Assembly: GCF_022045235.1 (NCBI RefSeq) | Contig: NW_027266280.1 | Coordinates: 372,001-436,000 of the forward strand | Length of the DNA stretch: 64,000 nucleotides | Reading direction: 5' to 3' | Origin: Haliotis cracherodii | Taxonomy: Eukaryota | Shown here: one piece after another, positions 50,901 through 60,109 of the stretch | Numbering within the stretch: the stretch's first letter is position 1 | How the letters are laid out: each line of letters opens with the position of its first letter | Made by a program: the position numbers and the translations under genes | Notes under the pieces: generated by a model | The model's database searches: none | The model's input: only the letters and a program-made list of their open reading frames with translations | What the model was told of the DNA's origin: nothing

Positions 50901-53900
50901 ATGTCTTACCTACTCTTCATGACAAAACAAAGAACCCACATGAAAATATTTACCATAATTTTACCATACTACTCACAGTTGCAGGGTTGAAACTACAAGG
51001 AGCCTACATACCCTATTTTGAATCAAGCATGAAATACTCACATCCCCCGCCAATATGACATGTCAGGTGTGTGCAATGCATTAGCTCCTGTGAACTATGT
51101 TCACGGGGCCTTTTTGTAAAGAAATATACTACGTTCCGGAAACGAGGACTACCTCCATTTTCAGTCTAAATCAAAGTCATTGCCATGGAAACTCGAAAAA
51201 TAACTCATAAAAAAATAGAAACTATCCAAAGGCACCAGTTCACCACTAGACCAATCAATGTGCCAAGTTTGGTGAAGAAATATGGTACAGTTTTCAAGAT
51301 CTGCTCCGGAAACGATGACTATCGCCATTTTCAGTCTAAATCAAAGTTGTTGCCATGGAAACTTGAAAATTTTTTTTTTTAAATCCCAAACCATCAAAAG
51401 GCACCAGTTCACCACTAGGGCTATCTATGTGCCAAGTTTGGTGAAGAAATATGGTACGGTTTTCAAGATCTGCTCCGGAAACGAGGACTACTGCCATTTT
51501 CAGTCTAAATCAAAGTCGTTGTCGTGGAAACTCAAAAATATTTTTTTTAAAATCCCAAAATATCAAAAGGCACCAGTTCACCACTGGATCTATCTATGTG
51601 CCAAGTTTGGTGAAGAAATATGGTACAGTTTTCAAGATCTGCTCCGGAAACGAGGACTACCGCCATTTTCAGTCTAAATCAAAGTTGTTGCCATGGAAAC
51701 TTTTTTTTAAATCCCAAACCATCAAAAGGCACCAGTTCACCACTAGGGCTATCTATGTGCCAAGTTTGGTGAAGAAATATGGTACGGTTTTCAAGATCTG
51801 CTCCGGAAACGAGGACTACTGCCATTTTCAGTCTAAATCAAAGTCGTTGTCGTGGAAACTCAAAAATATTTTTTTTAAAATCCCAAAATATCAAAAGGCA
51901 CCAGTTCACCACTGGATCTATCTATGTGCCAAGTTTGGTGAAGAAATATGGTACAGTTTTCAAGATCTGCTCCGGAAACGAGGACTACCGCCATTTTCAG
52001 TCTAAATCAAAGTTGTTGCCATGGAAACTTTTTTTTAAATCCCAAACCATCAAAAGGCACCAGTTCACCACTAGGGCTATCTATGTGCCAAGTTTGGTGA
52101 AGAAATATGGTACGGTTTTCAAGATCTGCTCCGGAAACGAGGACTACTGCCATTTTCAGTCTAAATCAAAGTCGTTGTCGTGGAAACTCAAAAATATTTT
52201 TTTTAAAATCCCAAAATATCAAAAGGCACCAGTTCACCACTGGATCTATCTATGTGCCAAGTTTGGTGAAGAAATATGGTACAGTTTTCAAGATCTGCTC
52301 CGGAAACGAGGACTACCGCCATTTTCAGTCTAAATCAAAGTTGTTGCCATGGAAACTTTTTTTTAAATCCCAAACTATCAAAAGGCACCAGTTCACCACT
52401 GGATCTATCTATGTGCCAAGTTTGGTGAAGAAATAAGGTACGGTTTTCAAGATCCTATATCCCCCTTCCACTTCGTGGCGGGGGATAATAAAATGGAATT
52501 AGACCCTTATTTTCAGACCTTAGAGTATTCATAAAGCCTGAGTCATCCATCTTCCCGAGGCAAAGGAGTTAACTGACTATAAAAGTCCAGTTTCCACCCT
52601 TGCCTAACTAGGCTGGTATTATGGAGTTACATTTTGTCTGGACTAACGAGTCTATGCATAGTCCAATCAAAATCGCGAAACGAAATCAAAATCCTGTTCG
52701 TAAACTGTCGTGCAGATTTCGATCGATTGCAGGATTTGCAAAGCATGTGCATTGCCAATTTTTTGTCAGCAGATATTTTCCAAATCCTTTCATGTTTTAA
52801 ATCAAGGTGCTCACGTGATTTGATGCATTTCGCGATGTAAGACCCGTTTTATCACAATATAGATCTTGATTATCGATCAGATCGTCCTGACTGGGCACCA
52901 CCATTTTGTGTGAAGCAAACGCAAGTGATACGAGAGGTGGAATCTGATTGGTCCATAGGAGAGGCTTAGAAGGGACAGAAATGGTAATAGCCACTGGTGG
53001 CGCAACGATCGAGCCATATAATTCCAGCCTAGTTCGGCAAGGGTGGAAACTGGACTTTTAAAGTCAGTTAACTCCCTTGCCTCAGGAAGATGGAGTCATC
53101 CTGATAAATCGATTCTGACAGTCAATATTTGCCAAAGGGCATGTGAATATTTTTTTCAGATTTCCCCTTACATCGTTCATCAGTATCATCTCAGCCATGT
53201 CCGATCTCTACGTCCCAGGATCTACATCTTTCTACCTTCTTCAGTATCTCCGTCATCTTCCTGGGCCAAGGGAGTTGACTGACTTTAAAAGTCCAGTTTC
53301 CACCCTTGCCGAACTAGGCTGGAATTCCTGGGCTTGATTGTAGCGCCACTAATGGTTATTAGCTTTCTAAGCCTCTCCCATATGGACCAAATGGATTTCA
53401 CCTCTTGAATCACTTTTGTATTTGTTTCAAACAAAATGGTGGCGCCCAGTCAGGACGATATGATCAATAATCAAGATCTATATTGCAATAAAACGGGTCT
53501 TACATCGCAAAGTGCATCAATTCATGTGAGCACCTTGATTTAAAACATGAAAAATCTGGAAAATATCTGTTGACAATGAGTTGGTGGTGCACATGCTTTG
53601 CAAATCCTGCAATCGACCAAAATCTACACGACAGTTTACAAACCGGATTTCGATTTCGTGCATAGACTCGTTAGTCCAGCCAAAATGTAACTCCATAATA
53701 CCAGTCTAAGTCGGCAAGGGTGGAAACTGGACTTTTAGAACTCTTTTGCCTGGGGAAGATGCATCTCCCTACCTTCTTCATGAAGCGTTCTTGTTGTGAT
53801 ACTGCTGCACACGAGGACAGGAACCAGCAGTCTCCCAGAATTCCCTGCTGAATGTCGTCCTTGGTCACACCATCAACCATCATCTCGGGCATAGCGCCAT

Positions 53901-56900
53901 CGGACAGCAGATCCTGGAAACCAGGGTGGAGATAAGTCTGTTTATCTGAAGTTGTCTATATCATGGCTACCCTCAAATTAACATCAGTGATGAGATCTCA
54001 CTGCATCATCACTGTCTTGTGACAAGGAGTCCATTTTGGGATGTAAACCAAAGACCTTATAATCCCAGGTTGGATGCCTTGTCCACACAACTGATTAGGT
54101 TAAGCCCACCTGGAAGTTGACAAGGTAAGGATGTGGTCTGTGTGCTGCCCTGCTGCACGTGGAATTACCTTAGGTCGTATCCACTGCACGTCGGCCCCAT
54201 CTCCATCACTGTGGTGCAGAGAAGAGTTGCATGCTGGGAAGTATGGGTCCTCAAATAGTTCCCCCTCTGACAGCGACTGCAACACTTCCTCGCTTGACTG
54301 AAGTTTCTGTGTTTAACAAGAAATTGTTGAAGGAGTCAGTGATTGTTTTTTTCCAATTAATATAAGTTCATTTCAATGAATTTGTGTGAGAGATTCAGTT
54401 GATAACACTGATACAATGATCAAATATCTGACGGTTTCTACTTCCTCCACTCATCATTTCAATGCCTCTTTCTACTCATCATTTCAATGCCTCTACTCAT
54501 CATTTCAACACCTCTACTCATCATTTCAACACCTCTACTTATCATTTCAATGACTATACTCATCATACCTGCCATGCCAATATTACATTACAGCCAGCCT
54601 GCCTGCCATACCACACTAGGATATTATATTACAGCCAGCCTGCCTGCCATACCACACTAGGATATTACATTACATTACAGCCAGCCTGCCTGTCATACCA
54701 CACTAGGCTATTACATTACATTACAGCCAGCCTGCCATACCACACTAGGATATTACATTACATTACAGCCACCCTGCCATACCACACTAGGATATTACAT
54801 TACATTACATTACAGCCAACCTGCCTGCCATACCACACTAGGATATTACATTACAGCCAGCCAACCTGCCTCCCATACCACACTAGGATATTACATTACA
54901 TTACAGCCAGCCTGCCTGCCATACCACACTAGGATATTACATTACATTACAGCCAGCCTGCCTGCCATACCACACTAGGATATTACATTACATTACAGCC
55001 AGCCTGCCTGCCATACCACAGTAGGATATTACATTACAACCTGCCTGCCATACCACACTAGGATATTACATTACATTACAGCCAGCCTGCCTGCCATACC
55101 ACACTAGGATATTACATTACAGCCATCCTGCCATACCACACTAGGATATTACATTACAGCCAGCCATCCTGCCATACCACACTAGGATATTACATTACAG
55201 CCAGCCTGCCATACCACACTAGGATATTACATTACAGCCAGCCTGCCATACCACACTAGGATATTACATTACAGCCAGGCACCCTGCCATACCACACTAG
55301 GATATTACATTACAGCCTGCCTGCCTGCCATACCACACTAGGATATTACATTACAGCCAGCCTGCCATACCACACTAGGATATTACATTACAGCCAGCCT
55401 GCCATACCACACTAGGATATCACATTACAGCCAGGCAGCCTGCCATACCACACTAGGATATTACATTACAGCCAGCCTGCCATACCACACTAGGATATTA
55501 CATTACAGCCAGGCAGCCTGCCATACCACACTAGGATATTACATTACAGCCAGCCATCCTGCCATACCACACTAGGATATTACATTACAGCCAGCCTGCC
55601 ATACCACACTAGGATATTACATTACAGCCAGCCTGCCATACCACACTAGGATATTACATTACAGCCAGGCACCCTGCCATACCACACTAGGATATTACAT
55701 TACAGCCTGCCTGCCTGCCATACCACACTAGGATATTACATTACAGCCAGCCTGCCATACCACACTAGGATATTACATTACAGCCAGCCTGCCATACCAC
55801 ACTAGGATATTACATTACAGCCAGCATGCCATACCACACTAGGATATTACATTACAGCCAGCCTGCCTGCCATACCACACTAGGATATTACATTACATTA
55901 CAGCCTGCCTGCCATACCACACTAGGATATTACATTACAGCCTGCCTGCCTCCCATACCACACTAGGATATTACATTACAGCCAGGCAGCCTGCCTGCTA
56001 TACCACACTAGGATATTACATTACATTACAGCCAGCCTGCCTGTCATACCACACTAGGATATTACATTACATTACAGCCAGCCTGCCATACCACACTAGG
56101 ATATTACATAACAGCCAGCCTGCCTGCCATACCACACTAGGATATTACATTACAGCCTGCCTGCCATACCACACTAGGATATTACATTACATTACAGCCA
56201 GCCTGCCTGCCATACCACACTAGGATATTACATTACAGCCAGCCAGCCTGCCTGCCATACCACACTAGGATATTACATTACATTACATTACAGCCAGCCT
56301 GCCTGCCATACCACACTAGGATATTACATTACATTACAGCCAGCCTGCCATACCACACTAGGATATTACATTACATTACAGCCAGCCTGCCTGCCATACC
56401 ACACTAGGATATTACATTACATTACAGCCAGCCTGCCTGCCATACCACACTAGGATATTACATTACATTACAGCCAGCCTGCCTGCCATACCACACTAGG
56501 ATATTACATTACATTACAGCCAGCCTGCCTGCCATACCACACTAGGATATTACATTACATTACAGCCAGCCTGCCATACCACACTAGGATATTACATTAC
56601 ATTACAGCCAGCCTGCCTGCCATACCACACTAGGATATTACATTACATTACAGCCTGCCTGCCATACCACATTGGCATTATGTATACATACAGTAAAACA
56701 TGTACTAAATAAAATTGTGTAAACATTTTTTGAGGTAGTGATGAAAGTTATAAGAATTGACTTTGTTTTTGTGAGTTCATTGGAGTGTGATTCATCTTAG
56801 TGACGGTGAAGTGTATGAACGTTGTCGCAAACTCTGACTTTCATACAGTTTGACCCCCACTCTATAAAGCTTCATATTCCAATGAACTCACACAAAGTGA

Positions 56901-57882
56901 AAGTCAACAGAACATGTCAATGATCGAGATCAGTGAACAATGCCATTCAGCATCTGAAACATGTATTTCCTCCTGGGAACACACTATTATATATACAGGC
57001 TGTAGTGGTGGGACGATACATTGATGCATTGGTGGATCGCAATATTTTACTTACCGATACAGGTATCAATTACAGTCGTACGCTAAGTAACAAATAGTGA
57101 TTCATACCTTAAATATTTTACTTACCGATACAGGTATCAATTACAGTCGTACGCTAAGTAACAAATAGTGATTCATACCTTAAATATTTTACTTACCGAT
57201 ACAGGTATCAATTAAAGTCGTACGCTAAGTAAAAAATAGTGATTCATACCTTAAATATTTTACTTACCGATACAGGTATCAATTACAGTCGTACGCTAAG
57301 TAACAAATAGTGATTCATACCTTAAATATTTTACTTACCGATACAGGTATCAATTACAGTCGTACGCTAAGTAACAAATAGTGATTCATACCTTAAATGT
57401 TTTCTTTAATGCCTATCACACGGAACACTAATTAGTAGTGATAAATAGCAGTGAAAAAGTAAATATTTTCATCCATTGAGCCATACTTGACAATGCCAAC
57501 TGTAAATCGTCAGTGTGCCAGGTATTTGACCACCCTGTCTATGAAAAAGATGACTAACGAACTACAGATAAGAGCACATACACGTATCGGATCGTGAGCA
57601 AGGTATATTGATACATATCGAATCACACAATTCGTGTATCGTCCCAGGTCTAATAGAGAGCAAAAACATTACTATATGTCTGTTTGTATTCGTGTCTTCC
57701 TGTCTGTTTGCCACAATATTTCCATTGGTATGATGTGACTGTTTCCGTTTAACACCCGACCCTTTCCCGTGTGTTGTCGGTCTGTCTTTGACCATCGACG
57801 TTTCTCCTTTCTGTGAATAACTCGTTGGGTTGACATCTTGAAAGTCTTGTTGACTTGACGATCTACTATTTGTGCAGCCCAT
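30294..57882 (-). CDS. Calpain-family cysteine protease (CysPc + C2-like domain III, no PEF), 557 aa, 12 exons: 57882-57673, 54306-54169, 53913-53773, 47666-47470, 44291-44123, 42296-42216, 39231-39143, 38374-38202, 37993-37877, 36867-36731, 34654-34443, 30303-30294
   Basis: Exon phases chain without frameshift (1674 nt). Motifs: [18 protein letters not shown] (Cys), [40 protein letters not shown] (His), RIRNPWG (Asn), [28 protein letters not shown]. Confidence 0.9.
30348..30545 (-). mobile_element. tRNA-derived SINE (family 1), full length
   Basis: Reverse complement homologous to 6569-6768, with (GAGT)n tail. Confidence 0.85.
30641..33470 (-). mobile_element. Degenerate DIRS1-type tyrosine-recombinase retrotransposon in calpain intron 11
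   Basis: ~120-bp inverted terminal repeats (~30670-30789 / ~33340-33458) and an internal complementary region ~30900-30970. Broken - strand peptides: YR ([31 protein letters not shown]), MT-like ([15 protein letters not shown]), RNase H-like ([14 protein letters not shown]). Confidence 0.85.
33020..33212. repeat. (CACCACGCCAT)n ~11-bp repeat inside the DIRS remnant
   Basis: Direct inspection. Confidence 0.9.
33500..34322. repeat. 48-bp minisatellite x~17
   Basis: ccctggaatccctacagggagacaagcatggggtactggggacctaat. Confidence 0.95.
34443..34654 (-). CDS. Calpain exon 11 (…[41 protein letters not shown]…)
   Basis: ctcccccag / GG|gtgaga; end of domain III. Confidence 0.92.
34968..36685. repeat. 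1.7-kb purine-rich (GGAGCAGAGGAGAGGGGAG / GCAGAGGGGGGCAGAAGAGA) low-complexity array
   Basis: Almost no T on the + strand. Confidence 0.97.
36731..36867 (-). CDS. Calpain exon 10 ([24 protein letters not shown]…IGFMLYK)
   Basis: Weak accaag acceptor, AAG|gtgaac donor; acidic loop and IGF motif of domain III. Confidence 0.85.
36950..37750. repeat. 24-bp minisatellite x~30
   Basis: tacaatggcaccttcatcagggcr. Confidence 0.95.
37877..37993 (-). CDS. Calpain exon 9, start of domain III ([25 protein letters not shown])
   Basis: ttgcag / G|gtagtc. Confidence 0.92.
38202..38374 (-). CDS. Calpain exon 8 (…[16 protein letters not shown]…)
   Basis: ttgcag / G|gtaggg. Confidence 0.93.
38403..38805. 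repeat. (GGAAACAN)n 8-bp repeat
   Basis: Direct inspection. Confidence 0.95.
38839..38900 (-). mobile_element. SINE family 1 fragment
   Basis: tgtacccatgtcgggaatcgaacccgggtc..gtgacgagtgaacgctttaaccac. Confidence 0.75.
38923..39036. repeat. ~25-bp tandem repeat x4.5
   Basis: cctgacctatgggaccccatgcaac. Confidence 0.9.
39143..39231 (-). CDS. Calpain exon 7 with catalytic Asn ([20 protein letters not shown])
   Basis: ttttcag / AA|gtaggg; not in the ORF track (too short). Confidence 0.95.
39335..41731 (+). mobile_element. Internally deleted DNA transposon, Kolobok-like (TTAA TSD), in calpain intron 6
   Basis: TTAA at 39331-39334 and 41732-41735; TIR GGCCAGACAC(G/T)GCACCTTA. Transposase remnants: [46 protein letters not shown]-terminal LLYGAGEF*. 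Confidence 0.85.
42216..42296 (-). CDS. Calpain exon 6 with catalytic His ([13 protein letters not shown])
   Basis: ttgcag / AAG|gtagga. Confidence 0.95.
42608..43285. repeat. 22-bp minisatellite x~30
   Basis: gttctagaagcccagcatgagt. Confidence 0.95.
43320..43710. repeat. 78-bp tandem repeat x5
   Basis: atggtacaatgaccaaccttcaggtcaatgatcggccaggcacagtccgtccccactgtcctcacttgactcacacag. Confidence 0.95.
43850..44105 (-). mobile_element. SINE-like family 2 copy
   Basis: Reverse complement homologous to 59230-59536. Confidence 0.8.
44123..44291 (-). CDS. Calpain exon 5 ([23 protein letters not shown]…)
   Basis: ttgcag / AAG|gtagga. Confidence 0.95.
44315..45126 (+). mobile_element. Older related Helentron-associated element with degenerate monomers and a (CA)n/(GCAC)n microsatellite
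   Basis: atatcccccgc near the 5' end; shared motifs ttgccatggaaa, aaaaggcaccagttc, gctccggaaac; microsatellite 44956-45084 then gatggacgga and ccgggggataa. Confidence 0.7.
45276..46060. repeat. 41-bp minisatellite x~19
   Basis: catctactagaggcagtaccaaacacaatccaaacacaggc. Confidence 0.95.
47070..47446. repeat. 15-bp minisatellite x~25
   Basis: gacaagggacctcag. Confidence 0.95.
47470..47666 (-). CDS. Calpain exon 4 (…[19 protein letters not shown]…[13 protein letters not shown])
   Basis: ttgcag / AA|gtaagt. Confidence 0.95.
47764..50921. repeat. 82-bp satellite x~38
   Basis: gatatacggtactgaccctttctttgtacatgtcttacctactcttcatgggtccratgacacaacctaccttacgttacat. Confidence 0.97.
51022..52491 (+). 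mobile_element. Helentron-associated (HINE/DINE/CvA-like) element with an internal tandem array of ~164-bp monomers (328-bp dimer)
   Basis: Subterminal IR ATCCCCCGCCA 51042-51052 / TGGCGGGGGAT 52476-52486; 3' hairpin tatccccc..gggggata; ORF starts recur every 328 bp. Confidence 0.75.
52548..53092. mobile_element. MITE copy A (~545 bp, ~70-bp TIRs starting CATCTTCC)
   Basis: TIRs catcttcc..aggagttaactgact..aaagtccagtttccacccttgcc; perfect flanking duplication GAGTCATC (52540-52547 / 53093-53100). Confidence 0.85.
53254..53761. mobile_element. MITE copy B, same family, inverted relative to copy A
   Basis: Same TIRs; the interior is the diverged reverse complement of copy A; imperfect flanks tatctccgt/catctccct. 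Confidence 0.8.
53773..53913 (-). CDS. Calpain exon 3 with catalytic Cys ([15 protein letters not shown])
   Basis: tttccag / AAG|gtaggg. Confidence 0.95.
54169..54306 (-). CDS. Calpain exon 2 (KLQSSEEV…LFEDPYFPA…QWIRPK)
   Basis: cacag acceptor (alternative in-frame cag 9 nt downstream), AAG|gtaatt donor. Confidence 0.9.
54438..56675. repeat. 21-bp repeat followed by a ~39-50-bp composite minisatellite with nested (CATTA)n and (GCCT)n
   Basis: gccataccacactaggatatta(catta)n cagcca(gcct)n. Confidence 0.95.
57003..57651. mobile_element. hAT-like MITE containing a 71-bp x5 internal tandem amplification (57041-57400)
   Basis: Termini tagtggtgggacgatac / gtatcgtcccaggtcta; related copy at ~16452-16753. 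Confidence 0.6.
57673..57882 (-). CDS. Calpain exon 1 ([12 protein letters not shown]…NRHI), N-terminal extension
   Basis: ATG in AACTATGG context, MGCxxS motif, ATA|gtaatg donor, phase 0 matches exon 2; CpG-richer promoter-like region upstream. Confidence 0.7.
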
Positions 57883-57949
57883 AGTTTTTGTCCATCGCTG
57901 GACGATAATGTTTTCAAAATAATGGCCGCGATTATCTACAAGCACGGAA

Positions 57950-58130
57950 GTGCAGGGATTATATCTCGCACATGCGGTTGTTTACACTCGACAACGGGTC
58001 GTCTCCAAAACACCAAAGCCAGAAGTGACGAGCACTGCTATTGGCTCATTGTACGGGTGCGTTCCATTTTCCACACACTGACAAGAAGGTGTCGCACGGT
58101 TATCATGCAGTGTCGCTGATGACACGTACA
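57950..58130 (-). promoter_or_regulatory. Probable calpain promoter/5'UTR region
   Basis: Locally CpG-rich; CCAAT on the - strand at 58040-58044, ~160 bp upstream of the ATG. Confidence 0.35.
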
Positions 58131-58718
58131 TACGTCTCTTCTCATGGCTGTTTTTCACTTGCCAAAGCAGCAGTAGAAACTAAAAGTTATAGTCCACTAG
58201 TCCTTATAATGATAACACATAGCAAAACCCTTTTAAAAGGCAAATGTCTACTAGTCCTTATGATATCTTAACTACTGGACAGTTTGTAAAGGACTACAGG
58301 ACTAGTGCCAATTTCTGACACTGCAAAGCGTGTTGATAATATTAATTTTACACATACAAGCAAAACGATAAAAGTAAAGTACCTGGCCAAAGTTACTTAG
58401 GCCAAAGTTGTATTTCCAAAACTATGAAGAGAGATTTTACTGTTTCTTTATCGACGTTTCAAAGGCTTAAGATTCTATGGGACTTTCTCATTTGTGGTAG
58501 ATTCATTCACGGAAATATTTGAACAGTTATACGTGATATACATTCAAAGCTTAAGCTATGTGTACGAGGAGACATTGGTGTGACAGATTTGTTCACGTGT
58601 TGCACGGGTACCCGTCAGTGATGTATGGGCAGCCACACACCTTTCTCGTTTTATATGCAGACATGAACGCTTCCCAGCGCCGCCATCTTCCTGAGGCAAG
58701 AGAGTTAACTTACTTAGT

Positions 58719-58824
58719 GGGCACCAGTAATGGGCTTCACACATTGTACCCATGTCGGGAATCGAGCCCGGGTCTTCAGCGTGACGAGCGAACGCTTTAA
58801 CAACTGGGCTACCCGACCGCCCCC
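58719..58824 (-). mobile_element. SINE family 1, 3'-truncated
   Basis: Homologous to 30440-30545. Confidence 0.8.
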
Positions 58825-59229
58825 AGTAAAGGCGAACTCCCTGGAATTATTACAGAGGACTTCAAATACACACCGTGTCATGCTATACATATTAAGGATT
58901 GTACTTTACTCCGAAACAGGTCTTGACAAGAGTTCTTTGAAGTCAATCAGAAAAAGTATGTCTATTAATCTACAAACTACACTACAGTTGCAGAGGCCCA
59001 CATATTACAATGGCATGACAACGTTTTGACGACATGGTACTTCCATTAATATATGCAGCAGAAATCTGAGGGTGTTAAACATAGACATTTTAGGTAAGGT
59101 ATAGACGAGAAATATTTCAAGAGAACCATTTACATAGCGAATTCGGCCAGTTCGGCCATTCTAGGGGAATGTGGACGACATAGCTTATATACTCGTACAA
59201 CGGACAAAAAATAAGGGAACTAATTATTT

Positions 59230-59536
59230 GAGACCCGTGAAGATCCAGGATAGAACAGATCTTCAGCAACCCATGCTTGCCGTAAAGATCCGAGGTAGAA
59301 TAGGTCTTCAGCAACCCATGCTTGCCGTAAATGGCGACTATGCTTGTCGTAAGAGGCGACTAACGGTGTTGGGTGGTCAGGCTTGGTGACTTGATTGAAG
59401 CATGTCATCGTATCCCAATTATGTGGATCGATGCTCATGATTTCAATCACTATCTGGTCCAGACTCGATTATTTACACACCGCTGTCATATAGATGGAAT
59501 ATTGCAGAGTGCGGCGTTAAACAACAAACAAACAAA
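59230..59536 (+). mobile_element. Interspersed SINE-like repeat (family 2) with (AAAC)n tail
   Basis: tcttcagcaacccatgcttgcc..gtctggtccagactcgattattta..ggaatattgc..ggcgttaaacaacaaac; multiple copies in the window. Confidence 0.8.
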
Positions 59537-59716
59537 TGAATGTAGCTATCGTTGATGAGTACATTCACAATACCGTGGCGCTGCATCTGAACACAACATC
59601 TAATCACATCTAATTTCACATCATGCATGCACTGCACGTGATGCACGTGCACACAAAAGCGAAAGTGTGTGCGTCTGTTGGGGAACTCGCAATCACAAAT
59701 GAAATTGAGCAAAGCA

Positions 59717-60005
59717 AACGCTAAAAATGCCCCCCTGACGGCAGCATCTCACTGAAGAGACACATGGTATATTGTGGCTACGATGGAGAAGGGGGCGTCT
59801 GTATCCCAACTTGCCCGAATGTTTGGCAAATCAAAAAGCGTATTTTCAAGTACCGTCAAGAGGGATGGGTTACCATGAGACCCGGGAGACCCTCAAAATG
59901 CCATCTGGACAAGATCGTCTCATCACAATAATTGCACTTCGAAATACATTCCAACCTGCTCCTGTCATCAAGAGAGAATTCTCTACAGTAAAAGGAATGG
60001 GAATT
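59717..60005 (+). mobile_element. Tc1/mariner transposase 5' remnant (HTH region)
   Basis: Frameshifted peptides WYIVATMEKGASVSQLARMFGKSKS, RPGRP, QDRLITIIALRNTFQPAPVIKREF. Confidence 0.65.
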
Positions 60006-60109
60006 TAAACATCTTCCCTTACGAACCGGGTCTATGCAGCTTGAAAGCAAAGCGTCCTGTGAAGGGTGTGACCCTAACCGCTTTACCATAGGTGGCACAG
60101 ATTGGGGTG

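Noticed and set aside
51185-52436. Repeated 184-aa ORFs
   Set aside because: Artefact of the 328-bp dimer array inside a Helentron-type element.
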